From: an uncultured Saprospiraceae bacterium
GTDB lineage: Bacteria > Bacteroidota > Bacteroidia > Chitinophagales > Saprospiraceae
DNA: 64,000 nucleotides
Assembly (NCBI GenBank): GCA_963793295.1
Contig: CAWBZX010000031.1
Coordinates: forward strand, 45 to 64,044
Reading direction: 5' to 3'
Part shown: piece after piece, positions 26,372-36,455 of the stretch
Layout of the letters: each line of letters begins with the position of its first letter
Position numbering within the stretch: position 1 is the first letter of the stretch
Notes under the pieces: generated by a model
Seen by the model: the letters and a program-made list of their open reading frames with translations, nothing else
What the model was told of the DNA's origin: nothing
The model's database searches: none
Program-made: the position numbers and the translations under genes

Positions 26372-26783
26372 GCGTAAGATTTTTGAAAAGCAAATAGATG
26401 AAGAGATAATAGTTTTTTTAACAAAAATCTCTTCAAAATAGATATAAAGGCCTCCTTAATTGGAGTGAGATGGTTGACAAAAGATTTTTAAAAAACCATT
26501 CCAAGAATTTAGCTATTACCATCTCGCCTTAAATTTTTATAATGCTCATCTATATGATTGTGCTCTATATTAAAAATTCGTTTTTGATAATTTGTTAAAG
26601 AATTTTGAATGAGCGTTTTCGGACATTTAAAAACCGAAAAATCAAAGGAAGTATTGTCTTTCTTTATTTTTTGCTTGGTCCATTTTTAATGATTGCCACT
26701 TTACTTAACCTATTAGCATTTTAAATGTGAAATTTAGTACTATAGCAATCGAATTTAATTAATACATAAAATAAAAGAAAAGC

Positions 26784-28934
26784 ATGGGAAAGCAAATTCC
26801 TATTAGTACATCAGTAAATTTACCTGATGGCAGAACAATTACCCTCGAAACTGGAAAATTAGCTTCTCAGGCTGATGGATCCGTTGTCGTTAAATTGGGA
26901 AACACAATGATGTTTGTTTCAGTGGTTTCGGCCCATGAAGTAAGAGAAGGACAATCATTTTTCCCTTTGTCAGTTGATTATCAAGAAAAATTTGCGGCAG
27001 CGGGTAAGATTCCTGGCAATTTTTTCCGACGAGAATCAAGACTTTCTGATTATGAAATTTTGATTTCAAGGCTGGTTGACCGCGCGATCAGACCATTGTT
27101 TCCTGATGGATATATGTTCGATACTCAAGTTATTATTAACTTAATCTCTGCTGATGCGGAGGTGATGCCCGATACACTTGCTGCACTGGGAGCTTCCACA
27201 GCGCTGGCTATTTCGGATATTCCATGGGATGGTCCTTTGTCTGAGGTTCGCGTAGCGAAGATTGATGGTGAATTTGTTGTAAATCCAAATCGCACAGAAC
27301 TTAAGAAAGCTGAAATGGATATCATCGTAGCGGCAACAATGGAAAATGTGATGATGGTAGAAGGTGAAGCGAAAGAATGCAGCGAAGCAGATTTGATCAA
27401 AGCGATAAAAATTGGGCACGAAGCAATCAAGCCTCAATGCGAAGCGCAACTTGCTTTAGCAAAACTAGTTGGCGAAAAGGCTGCAACCAAGCGAGAACTT
27501 GAAGTAGTTGAAGAGGATGAAGACTTGAAAAAGCGAATAGAGGCTTTGGCAAAAGATAAGATTTACGAAGTCTCCAGAGGTGGACTTGAAAAGCATATTA
27601 GAAAAGACAAATTTAAAGAGATTAAAGAATCTGTTGTCGAAACGTTGACAGAAGAGCTTGGTGAAGAAGTTTGGGCAGAAAAAAGTGCTGAAGCTTCCAA
27701 TCACTTTAATAAACTCAAAAAAGAAGTGATCCGTGAAATGGTGATGAGCGAATCAGTACGTTTGGATGGTCGTGGTTTGGCTGATGTTCGTCCTATTTGG
27801 AGTGAAGTGGCTTACTTGCCATCGACACATGGTTCGGCAATATTTACTCGTGGAGAAACTCAAGCTTTGGCTTCATTGACATTAGGAACCAAGTTGGACA
27901 AACTGATGATCGACACTGCTTTGGATTTTTATTATGAAGACTTTATTTTGCATTATAATTTTCCAGCATTTTCTGTAGGTGAAACGAAACCTATGCGGGG
28001 CCCGGGTCGTCGCGAAGTAGGTCACGCCAATCTTGCTCAGCGATCTTTAAAACAGGTTTTGCCAGAAGATAATCCTTATACATTAAGGATTGTATCTGAT
28101 ATTTTGGAATCAAACGGTTCTTCTTCCATGGCAACTGTTTGTGCAGGATCGCTGGCCTTTATGGACGGTGGTGTGCAAATTAAAGCTCCAGTTTCAGGTA
28201 TCGCGATGGGAATGATTTCAGACGGTAAACGTCATGCGATTTTGACGGATATTTTGGGAGATGAAGATGCGCTTGGAGATATGGATTTTAAAGTGACAGG
28301 TACAGAAAAAGGAATTACCGGTTGCCAGATGGATATCAAAATTGATGGATTACCATACGAAACCCTTGAAAAGGCTTTGTCTCAGGCGCGAGAAGGTCGT
28401 TTACATATCTTAAATGAAATGAAAAAGACGATAGCCAAGCCAAATGATGATTATAAACCACATGCACCTCGGATCGTTGAATTGATTATTGATAAAAGCT
28501 TTATCGGAGCCGTTATTGGGCCTGGTGGAAGTATCATTCAGGAACTTCAAGCTGAAACAAATACGGTAATCAATATTGAAGAAGTAGACGAAAAAGGTAT
28601 TGTCAATATCTCCAGTAATGACAAAGCTTCCATTGATGCAGCTTTAGCTAGAATTAAAGCAATTACTCATGTTCCGGAAATTGGTGATGTGTATGATGCC
28701 AAAGTAGCTTCCGTAATGCCTTATGGTGTATTTGTTGATTTTTCTGGTAAAAGCGGATTGTTACACGTTTCGGAAATATCTCACTCCAGAATAGATAGAG
28801 TAGAAGATGTATTCAAACAAGGAGATGAAATCAAGGTAAAACTGATCGGGATAGATCCCAAAACGGGTAAATTCAGGTTGTCACATAAAGTTTTAATTCC
28901 TCGTCCGGAACACCAGGAGAATGATCGTTCATAA
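26784..28934 (+). CDS. pnp: Polyribonucleotide nucleotidyltransferase (PNPase)
   Basis: 716 aa. Two RNase PH-like domains, then KH (FIGAVIGPGGSIIQELQ) and S1 (GDVYDAKVASVMPYGVFVDF...GLLHVSEIS) domains. Confidence 0.97.
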   Translation: MGKQIPISTSVNLPDGRTITLETGKLASQADGSVVVKLGNTMMFVSVVSAHEVREGQSFFPLSVDYQEKFAAAGKIPGNFFRRESRLSDYEILISRLVDRAIRPLFPDGYMFDTQVIINLISADAEVMPDTLAALGASTALAISDIPWDGPLSEVRVAKIDGEFVVNPNRTELKKAEMDIIVAATMENVMMVEGEAKECSEADLIKAIKIGHEAIKPQCEAQLALAKLVGEKAATKRELEVVEEDEDLKKRIEALAKDKIYEVSRGGLEKHIRKDKFKEIKESVVETLTEELGEEVWAEKSAEASNHFNKLKKEVIREMVMSESVRLDGRGLADVRPIWSEVAYLPSTHGSAIFTRGETQALASLTLGTKLDKLMIDTALDFYYEDFILHYNFPAFSVGETKPMRGPGRREVGHANLAQRSLKQVLPEDNPYTLRIVSDILESNGSSSMATVCAGSLAFMDGGVQIKAPVSGIAMGMISDGKRHAILTDILGDEDALGDMDFKVTGTEKGITGCQMDIKIDGLPYETLEKALSQAREGRLHILNEMKKTIAKPNDDYKPHAPRIVELIIDKSFIGAVIGPGGSIIQELQAETNTVINIEEVDEKGIVNISSNDKASIDAALARIKAITHVPEIGDVYDAKVASVMPYGVFVDFSGKSGLLHVSEISHSRIDRVEDVFKQGDEIKVKLIGIDPKTGKFRLSHKVLIPRPEHQENDRS

Positions 28935-28976
28935 AATAATAAGTCGGATTTAGGAAATAACTGTTGTTATTAACGC

Positions 28977-29022
28977 AAAAATGCCCTCACTTTAATTTTT
29001 TTTTAAGTGAGGGCATTTTTTT
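28977..29022 (+). terminator. Rho-independent terminator after pnp
   Basis: AAAAATGCCCTCACTT pairs with AAGTGAGGGCATTTTT, followed by a T-run. Confidence 0.85.
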
Positions 29023-29203
29023 GTTTATTTTCGAAACCTTTTTGGCTTACATATTGTATTTACATAGAAATCCCCACTTATAAGGATTTTTATACAGAAA
29101 GTCAAGTTTTTTTTTTGAAAAGCAACTTTTTGTTTAAAAAAACGTATTATTATAACATCAAATATCCTCCGTAATTTTCTACTGAAAAAAAGCCCATACG
29201 AAC

Positions 29204-30070
29204 ATGCGTCAACTAAAGATTACAAACAAAATTACCGCTAGAGAAAGCTTATCATTGGATAAATATCTCAACGATATTGGTAAAATCCCAATGCTTACAG
29301 CTGATGATGAGGCTACACTTGCCAAAGCAATTCGCGAAGGAGATACAAACGCTTTAGATACACTCACAAAGTCTAACTTGCGATTTGTGGTTTCTGTTGC
29401 TAAGCAATATCAAAATCAGGGCCTTTCACTGAGCGACCTGATCAATGAAGGAAATGTTGGGTTGATGAAAGCTGCGAAGCGATTTGATGAAACCAAAGGG
29501 TTTAAATTTATATCTTACGCAGTTTGGTGGATTCGGCAATCGATTTTGCAATCCATTGTTGAATATTCCAGAATTGTTCGGCTGCCCTTAAATAAAGTTG
29601 GTTCGTATAATAAAGTAAATGAAGCATTTTTGAATTTCGTCCAGGAGTTTGAACGTGAACCAACCAATGAAGAATTGGCAGAGTTGCTTGAAATGACTCC
29701 TAAAGAAATTAATAATATGCTCAAAGGGAATGGTCGACACCTTTCTTTTGATGCACCTATAAGCGGCGACGAAGGCGATTCGACAATGTTGGATGTGGTT
29801 TCTAGTGCAGACGGAATCCTTCCTGACAATAACCTGATGGAACAATCTTTAAAAGAAGAAGTACAGCAGGGTTTGTCCATTTTGTCACCTCGTGAAGTGG
29901 AAGTGCTGTCGTCTTATTATGGCCTCAACAATTACAAATCACTTACTTTGGAAGAAATTGGTGATTTATACGGATTGACAAGAGAACGCGTTCGGCAAAT
30001 AAAAGAAAGGGCTATTCGAAGACTTCGCAAATCATATAATCGCAATAATTTAAAATCTTATCTCGGATAA
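29204..30070 (+). CDS. rpoD: Primary RNA polymerase sigma factor (Bacteroidota sigma-A type)
   Basis: 288 aa. [38 protein letters not shown] (region 2) and [29 protein letters not shown] (region 4). Confidence 0.9.
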   Translation: MRQLKITNKITARESLSLDKYLNDIGKIPMLTADDEATLAKAIREGDTNALDTLTKSNLRFVVSVAKQYQNQGLSLSDLINEGNVGLMKAAKRFDETKGFKFISYAVWWIRQSILQSIVEYSRIVRLPLNKVGSYNKVNEAFLNFVQEFEREPTNEELAELLEMTPKEINNMLKGNGRHLSFDAPISGDEGDSTMLDVVSSADGILPDNNLMEQSLKEEVQQGLSILSPREVEVLSSYYGLNNYKSLTLEEIGDLYGLTRERVRQIKERAIRRLRKSYNRNNLKSYLG

Positions 30071-30108
30071 AATAATAACAGCAATTTTGTTGTTTTATAA
30101 AATAAATG

Positions 30109-30144
30109 AAAATCCTGCTTCTTTACTGAGGTGGGATTTTTTTT
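30109..30144 (+). terminator. Probable terminator after rpoD
   Basis: AAAATCCTGCTTC pairs with GAGGTGGGATTTT (three G-U wobbles), followed by an 8-nt T-run. Confidence 0.55.
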
Positions 30145-30205
30145 GCGTAAATTTACCGTTAGACTATTTATGTTTTGAAAAAGCTAAAGCCAGTAGAAAA
30201 ATTTT

Positions 30206-31333
30206 ATGAATTTCACTTCAATTATAAAAACCGGATTCTTACTAGCACTAATTTTTACGCTCGGTTGTAAAGATGATAATTCTACCGAGATTAAAAACGA
30301 CATTAAAAAGCCTGAAGAGATTTCAACCAAACCAACTAAAATGATTGTCAATATTGACAATCTTCGGCTTCGTGCTGAACCTGGAGAAAAGGGCGAAGAA
30401 ATTGGCCGATTGAAGGAAGGAACCATTGTGTACGATTTGGGAGAAGTTAGCGACTTTACAACCAGAGTTCAATTGCGAGGAATTTGGTTTGATGAACCCT
30501 GGCTAAAGGTGAAAACTGAGCAAAATCTGGAAGGCTGGGTATACGGCGGAGCGGTCCATTTTGATTTGGATAATCCCACTGTTTTGTCAAATATGATGAT
30601 GGAAAAACGGCTTCAAACTTTTTTTGGTAAAGGATTGACTCTTCAGATAAATCGTTATAAAACCAACTATGACAGCTTGAAAACTAGCCATGATTTTGCA
30701 GCGAATTTGAGAGAAGGGCTAAAACTTAGAGACACATTAACGACTATTCTTGAAAATAAAATTGCAGTTTCTGATAATTACGACCAAATGCCTGACCTTT
30801 TTTGGGTCGAAAAGGCGATACCAGGCTATGTTGCACAATTGGTTGCTGAAGGGACGATCTACTTTCTTTTTCTGGATTTTAAACAGCTACAAAAAAAAGC
30901 CTTTAGAACAACAGGAGAAGAGGATGATGATTTTGTAAAACTGAATCTTCAGGTTTATGCGGTGGATAGTGTGGAGTATTTTTATCCATCTTGGTTTATT
31001 CAGACCTGGGATTATGGTGGTTGCAGTCTGCTGGGTAAAGGGGAGCATTTAAAGATGTTGAAGGAAATCGATAAGGTTTTAAGTAAAAGCGACTTGTTTG
31101 CTAGAGAAATCAAAAAAATTAAAAACAATTTGATAGACGACATCACAAATAAGGATATAGAATATTGGGAAAGTAAAGATAAAATCCTTGTTGAACTTGA
31201 TACGATTATTGCCGCAAACTTCAAGGTTCTGACGAATGAAGATTTGATTGCTCTGAAAACCCGAAGGAAGCAGTTTGAGTATCCTGCTGAAAACAGCATA
31301 AAAGTCAATGTCCGGTCCGGAGAGGTCAATTAA
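30206..31333 (+). CDS. Lipoprotein with bacterial SH3 domain, function unknown
   Basis: Lipobox LIFTLGC. SH3b-like LRLRAEPGEKGEEIGRLKEGTIVYDL...WLKVKTEQNLEGWVYGGAV. Confidence 0.6.
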   Translation: MNFTSIIKTGFLLALIFTLGCKDDNSTEIKNDIKKPEEISTKPTKMIVNIDNLRLRAEPGEKGEEIGRLKEGTIVYDLGEVSDFTTRVQLRGIWFDEPWLKVKTEQNLEGWVYGGAVHFDLDNPTVLSNMMMEKRLQTFFGKGLTLQINRYKTNYDSLKTSHDFAANLREGLKLRDTLTTILENKIAVSDNYDQMPDLFWVEKAIPGYVAQLVAEGTIYFLFLDFKQLQKKAFRTTGEEDDDFVKLNLQVYAVDSVEYFYPSWFIQTWDYGGCSLLGKGEHLKMLKEIDKVLSKSDLFAREIKKIKNNLIDDITNKDIEYWESKDKILVELDTIIAANFKVLTNEDLIALKTRRKQFEYPAENSIKVNVRSGEVN

Positions 31334-31347
31334 AACAAAGTAGAAAA

Positions 31348-32031
31348 ATGCGCATTTTATTTTTATTAGTGATAATAGGCTTGGTTGTTCTGTTTTCTTT
31401 TGCAGCGATTTATGCGTTGTACCAAGTGCTGGTCAATATTCAGCCAGGTAGATCAAAAATAAAAGCTGATTTGCAAAAAATGAAAGTAGAAATACAGCCA
31501 TTTATCGATGAATTAGTACCCTGGACAAAGGAGGAAATGGAATTGCTTTCCTTAAATCAAATCAACAAAAAAGTCAAAAAAGGAATCATAACAACAGCTA
31601 AGGGAGTGATCACCTCAATTTATCATGAACCGTTGATAGCCTGGTCTTATAAACGATATGTTTCACCTGATAATAATGCAGTGATTTATGCCCGAAGCTC
31701 TCATCATGAGTTCGTTTTTCGCATCCGAAAGGATAAAACAGAGTTCAAAATCGATAATCAAATAATTGGTTCTTTGAGAGAAAACGGTGTTTTGTATAGT
31801 GCTAAAACGAAAAAATTGCTGGCTCGCATCAATCGCCATCCTGATGAATTGTTGTTACCAGTTTTAGTTGGTGAAAAAGAAGTAGCCAGTTTAATTAATC
31901 CGAAATTGGCAACTAGAACAAATCCGCGTGCTTTTGAGTTTTTATCAGAGATGGACAAAGAGGAAGAAGCGGTTTTGCTATCATTAGCGATTTACGAATT
32001 TGTGAATAACGAAATTCCTGAAAAGCAATAA
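31348..32031 (+). CDS. Hypothetical membrane-anchored protein
   Basis: 227 aa ORF with an N-terminal hydrophobic helix, starting 14 nt after the previous gene. No family recognised. Confidence 0.5.
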   Translation: MRILFLLVIIGLVVLFSFAAIYALYQVLVNIQPGRSKIKADLQKMKVEIQPFIDELVPWTKEEMELLSLNQINKKVKKGIITTAKGVITSIYHEPLIAWSYKRYVSPDNNAVIYARSSHHEFVFRIRKDKTEFKIDNQIIGSLRENGVLYSAKTKKLLARINRHPDELLLPVLVGEKEVASLINPKLATRTNPRAFEFLSEMDKEEEAVLLSLAIYEFVNNEIPEKQ

Positions 32032-32056
32032 TACATTGACTTAAAAAATATAAATT

Positions 32057-32491
32057 ATGAAAAGGATCTATTTAAGCTTTGTTGTTTTATTAGTAGTCTT
32101 GAGTAATCTTTCTGCACAATATAATCAAGATGAAATCTTGAAAGAGATGCAAAAAATGCAGAAAGAAATGTTGAAACAATTTGAAAACCTCGAATTCAAT
32201 TTTGGAGATTCACAACTTTTTATAGATACTTTTTTTATCAAAGAGTTTGAGCATCAGGACGATTGGTTGCCTTTGGAGCCAAATGCAGAAAGCCTTTCCG
32301 GAATGATGGAGTTGTTACAAAAACAAATGCAAGAAATGGATCAGGATGATTGGGCTGAAATTGAGAAATTATTTAAATCTTTTGATGGGTTTTCACCTAT
32401 AGTTCCAGCGCCTGAAAAGCTCGATGAAGGTAAAAAAGAAGAAGATATTACAAAAAAACTTAATAAAAAACGCAAAGTTTATTCCCTTTAA
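32057..32491 (+). CDS. Hypothetical secreted protein
   Basis: 144 aa. Signal-peptide-like N-terminus, rich in M/Q/E/K. Confidence 0.45.
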   Translation: MKRIYLSFVVLLVVLSNLSAQYNQDEILKEMQKMQKEMLKQFENLEFNFGDSQLFIDTFFIKEFEHQDDWLPLEPNAESLSGMMELLQKQMQEMDQDDWAEIEKLFKSFDGFSPIVPAPEKLDEGKKEEDITKKLNKKRKVYSL

Positions 32492-32617
32492 CTTGAGTAG
32501 TACCACTTATTTATTATTTTTGCTCAGCCAACAGCGCAACAATATTGATCAATTGTTGTTAAACGCATATCTAAAATTCAACTTAATTAACGAACAGCAG
32601 ACTACAAAACTATTAAA

Positions 32618-33052
32618 ATGAAAGTTCTTGATTGCGCGAGAGTTATAATCTATAGAGTTAATAAGAAAGGATTGGAGATTTTTTTAGTCAATACCCAAAA
32701 AGAAGGACAAGACGTATGGGGAGTTCTTCAAGGAAACCTTGCTTCCCAGCACACCAATAGTCTGTCTCAAGAGGAAAGAGTCATTGAACTTGACCCTGTC
32801 AAAGAAGGCGAATCGCTTCACCAAGCATTAGCCATTGAATGTGATTGGCACGAAATACCATCCGTCCGTGCAATGATCAAAGAAGATGTGCGAATTGTAA
32901 AAAATCAAATCAAACTACATATTCCGGAACTTGAACAGGGTACTTTTTTTGCTGTAAAAGAAGCGTTCAAAAAAGTGCTTCCTCACGAATATGCTATGCT
33001 CAAAGAACTGAAAGATGTGCTCGTTGATCGTAATCAATCAAAATACATCTAA
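32618..33052 (+). CDS. Hypothetical protein
   Basis: 144-aa ORF with no motif recognised. Confidence 0.4.
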   Translation: MKVLDCARVIIYRVNKKGLEIFLVNTQKEGQDVWGVLQGNLASQHTNSLSQEERVIELDPVKEGESLHQALAIECDWHEIPSVRAMIKEDVRIVKNQIKLHIPELEQGTFFAVKEAFKKVLPHEYAMLKELKDVLVDRNQSKYI

Positions 33053-33074
33053 AATCAGATTTTCTTTTCAGCTG

Positions 33075-33845
33075 TTATTTTTCTAAAGTAAATACTTTTT
33101 CAAATTCACCTTCCGGTGAAGAGGGTGGAATATCATTCAAGGTTTTATCAAGATGTTCAAACGCTGCACTTTTGCAATAAGCGATAAAATCTTTGACACT
33201 AATTTTAGCTTGAAACGTTAAATCTTCCAGATTGGTTAGCTGGCTTTTAGAAATGCCGGCGTTTTGAAAACTACTTATTATTTGTTGATCCAAAATGTTG
33301 TAGAACTGGATTTGCTGATCAATAGCTTTATGCAATTTATTATGATCCGGGGCTTTCAGGTTTTCAATGGCCGCTGAATAATATTCGGGTACTTTTTTTA
33401 ATTTGCTTTCAACTATTTCTAATCGCTGTTCAATTGGAGTGCTTTCATTTTTCAAAATCGGATCAAAAGCTCCACGAAGATCATAATAAGTCGGGTCGGT
33501 TTCGTAGATTTTCCGGATTTCGAAATTGCGGATTTGATTAGTAAGGTAAGGTTTGATCTTATTGTATTCAAATTGCAGAGGAACACTCAATCTTGTGGTG
33601 TCAAATATCTGTAAAGAGTCATGGTATTTTTTATAAAATTGTAGATCAGATTCATGCTTTTTCCGGTTTGGAATTAGCAGGATTTTATCAAACTCCTTAT
33701 GCCCGGATTGAGCTGCCCAAAGTGGAAATTGTTTCCATTTAGATTGATGGAATGATTTTATAAAAACTTTAAAATCAGCATCTTGTGAAGATGGAGTGCA
33801 TGCAATAACTAGAAAGAGTAATCCAAAAGTACCATATTTTTTCAT
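33075..33845 (-). CDS. Lipoprotein resembling only the N-terminal half of DUF885-family proteins
   Basis: Lipobox VIACT. The pattern ...QRLEIVESKLKKVPEYYSAAIENL... recalls the DUF885 N-terminal region. It is 256 aa, whereas I recall that family being roughly twice as long. Confidence 0.35.
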   Translation of the reverse strand: MKKYGTFGLLFLVIACTPSSQDADFKVFIKSFHQSKWKQFPLWAAQSGHKEFDKILLIPNRKKHESDLQFYKKYHDSLQIFDTTRLSVPLQFEYNKIKPYLTNQIRNFEIRKIYETDPTYYDLRGAFDPILKNESTPIEQRLEIVESKLKKVPEYYSAAIENLKAPDHNKLHKAIDQQIQFYNILDQQIISSFQNAGISKSQLTNLEDLTFQAKISVKDFIAYCKSAAFEHLDKTLNDIPPSSPEGEFEKVFTLEK

Positions 33846-34002
33846 GCCTGAATTCCTCGATAAAAAGGAAAATTGGTTTTCGATAAAAGTAAAGTTAGCG
33901 TTAATATGTTCATCTCAAAAAAATCAGCGCTCAATTTTCTAATTCAAACTTTTACAAAAGGCTTAATAATCCTTACTTTTGCTGCAGCATAAATCTTGCC
34001 GC

Positions 34003-34968
34003 ATGTCAATAGAAAAAAAATCGATAGTCCAGACTAATTTTCATTTCGAGAATCAAACTGCATTTTATAAAGGAAAAGTTCGTGATGTTTACAGCATTGG
34101 CGACAAACTTGTCATGATTGCTTCAGATAGGATCTCCGCATTTGATCATGTCTTGCCACGACCCATTCCCTTCAAAGGGCAGGTGCTCAACCAGATTGCA
34201 ACTTATTTTCTCAATGCTACTAGCGATATTGTTCCCAACTGGCTTTTAGCGACTCCAGATCCAAACGTAGCGGTGGGTTTGAGATGTGAACCTTTTAAAA
34301 TTGAAATGGTCATCAGAGGCTATCTCACCGGCCATGCCTGGCGGACCTACAAATCAGGAAAACGAATGCTTTGCGGTATAGTGCTTCCTGAAGGCATGAA
34401 AGAAAACGACCCTTTTCCGGAACCAATAATTACACCGGCAACCAAAGCCGAGGAAGGTCATGATGAGGATATTTCCCGTGAGGAAATTTTGAAGCAAGGC
34501 ATAGTCAGGGAAGAAGATTACATTCTTTTAGAAAAATATACCAGGGCTCTTTTTCAGCGTGGATCTGAAATGGCTGCCAAACGCGGACTCATCCTTGTGG
34601 ATACCAAATATGAATTTGGAAAAAAAGACGGTAAAATTTATTTGATTGACGAAATCCATACGCCCGATAGTTCCAGGTATTTTTATGCGGAAGGTTACGA
34701 AGAACGGCAAAAACGTGGCGAACGGCAAAAACAGCTTTCCAAAGAATTTGTCAGAGAATGGCTGATGGAAAATGATTTTCAGGGACTAGAAGGCCAACAA
34801 ATGCCAGCAATGCCTGACGCTTTTGTTGAGAAAGTATCTTCCCGTTATATCGAATTGTTTGAAAAAATAACAGGACAAAAATTTCAAAAAGCAGATACTG
34901 AAAATATTCTTCAAAGGATTGAAAACAACGTAACCAACTATTTGAAAAGCGTCTCCGTTTTGAGCTGA
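34003..34968 (+). CDS. purC: Phosphoribosylaminoimidazole-succinocarboxamide (SAICAR) synthase
   Basis: [27 protein letters not shown] and [11 protein letters not shown] are PurC signatures. I prefer the ATG at 34003 to the TTG at 33979. Confidence 0.9.
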   Translation: MSIEKKSIVQTNFHFENQTAFYKGKVRDVYSIGDKLVMIASDRISAFDHVLPRPIPFKGQVLNQIATYFLNATSDIVPNWLLATPDPNVAVGLRCEPFKIEMVIRGYLTGHAWRTYKSGKRMLCGIVLPEGMKENDPFPEPIITPATKAEEGHDEDISREEILKQGIVREEDYILLEKYTRALFQRGSEMAAKRGLILVDTKYEFGKKDGKIYLIDEIHTPDSSRYFYAEGYEERQKRGERQKQLSKEFVREWLMENDFQGLEGQQMPAMPDAFVEKVSSRYIELFEKITGQKFQKADTENILQRIENNVTNYLKSVSVLS

Positions 34969-34984
34969 AAATGACTTTGCCGAA

Positions 34985-36208
34985 TTATCTTGAATTATTT
35001 CGGACTTTAAGCTCAACATAATCGCTCAGATATTCATATCCTTTGCCGAGATGCCCCTTAATTGCAATGGTGGCTCCATGTATTATTGCACTATTTTCAA
35101 TATCCAATAATTCTTCAATAATATACTTAATAAATTGGTCGCCGAAAGCCCGCGAAGCATCACGCGGCAATTCGTTTGGCAAATTGTCGATAGCCATAAC
35201 GTCAATGACATTTTCTTTAAAAGGCGCGGTCTCGGATTCGGTTAAAGGGTCATAACCGTAAACAGGATCTTCGATTGTCGAAGGGCGAAGCGTCGATGGA
35301 ATTGAACTATCGGGAGCAATATCGCAAGTAACATCAGCAATGACTTTTAAAGAAAAGTCAGTGTGTTTCATAACCTCATTACTAAAAAATGCTGGTGCCT
35401 GGTTTGCCCAAAAAATGCCATTGATCATAACGTCACTGACTTTTGTGTAGGGTTCAAATATGCTTTTGAATAACTCTGGTTGATTGTAAAAAGTATTTTT
35501 GTCATATGCACTGCCATCAATTCTGGCTGCATAATCCTCAGGTTCTAATTGCGTGAAAACAGGATAGCTAAACTTTTTGGACAAATATTCCGATGGATCT
35601 ACTTTTTTGATACCCATATCTTTCAACACAAGTGCTGCTCCATGACCAACTCTTCCAGTTCCTGTAAGGACGATCTTCATAGGAGGAAGCTTTAGTTTTT
35701 TATAAACTTCTTTTGCTTCAGCATAATCGTGGCAGTCTTTGATTCGCTTCAATTGAAAAAATCCTGTTCGCAAGCCATAGGTCATGATACCATTGTGTGC
35801 ACCCACCATTCCCGCAAATTTTCCGAATGCGATAACCCGTTGACCTTTTTCGTTTTTAAGCATTTCATAATCGATAAGGCGAATATCTTTTTTCAGGATT
35901 TCCTGTAACAGCTTTCGATTACGAGTTTGTTTTTTAATGGTATGAGAAAAGATGAAATAAACCTTATGGTTTTGTAACTGCTCAACAGGAACCTCTTTGA
36001 CCCCCATCAGGATATCACAATCAGAAAGATCTTCAATCACTTCGACGCTTTCTTTGAGGTATTCTGCATCTGAATAGCAACGATCCGGAGAGGATTGAAC
36101 AACTACATCGATGGGATAATTCTTTTTTATAAAAGCACATTGCCTGGGTGTCAGTGGCACTCTTGAGTCAGTTGGGATTTTCCCTTCTCTTATGATTCCT
36201 ATCTTCAT
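34985..36208 (-). CDS. Alanine dehydrogenase/PNT-fold oxidoreductase, saccharopine dehydrogenase (lysine-forming)-like
   Basis: 407 aa. MKIGIIREGKIPTDSRVPLTP N-terminus and Rossmann motif VLTGTGRVGHGA. Confidence 0.6.
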   Translation of the reverse strand: MKIGIIREGKIPTDSRVPLTPRQCAFIKKNYPIDVVVQSSPDRCYSDAEYLKESVEVIEDLSDCDILMGVKEVPVEQLQNHKVYFIFSHTIKKQTRNRKLLQEILKKDIRLIDYEMLKNEKGQRVIAFGKFAGMVGAHNGIMTYGLRTGFFQLKRIKDCHDYAEAKEVYKKLKLPPMKIVLTGTGRVGHGAALVLKDMGIKKVDPSEYLSKKFSYPVFTQLEPEDYAARIDGSAYDKNTFYNQPELFKSIFEPYTKVSDVMINGIFWANQAPAFFSNEVMKHTDFSLKVIADVTCDIAPDSSIPSTLRPSTIEDPVYGYDPLTESETAPFKENVIDVMAIDNLPNELPRDASRAFGDQFIKYIIEELLDIENSAIIHGATIAIKGHLGKGYEYLSDYVELKVRNNSR

Positions 36209-36367
36209 TTATTGTAGTTTTCAATTGGGAGGCAAAAATAGTGCAAACTTTTATAAAAGAACATTTAGTGTAGTTTTTAGTTTTTTATGATTTGTTGATT
36301 CAGCGTTCTTTTTGAAACATTGATTCAATGTAATAAGGAAAAGATTAAAGGAATAGGTAAGTTATTT

Positions 36368-36399
36368 TAAAAAAAATGCTCCGACGAAAACGCCGGAGC
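36368..36399 (-). terminator. Rho-independent terminator after the giant T9SS gene (minus strand)
   Basis: Minus strand reads GCTCCGGCG-TTTT-CGTCGGAGC followed by ATTTTTTTT. Confidence 0.7.
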
Positions 36400-36455
36400 A
36401 AATTGACATGTAGTCTTACAATTAAAGTTTGCTTTCCCGCAAAGCAGAGACCTAT

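Noticed and set aside
26372-26783. Possible small gene or ncRNA in the 410-bp rpsO-pnp spacer (20-codon ORF MVDKRFLKNHSKNLAITISP at 26470..26532; hairpins GAAGAGAT/ATCTCTTC and GAGATGGT/ACCATCTC)
   Set aside because: A long structured pnp leader is normal for the rpsO-pnp operon. The mini-ORF has no supporting features, and the hairpins are short and AT-flanked. There is nothing I can distinguish from an ordinary autoregulatory leader without comparative data.
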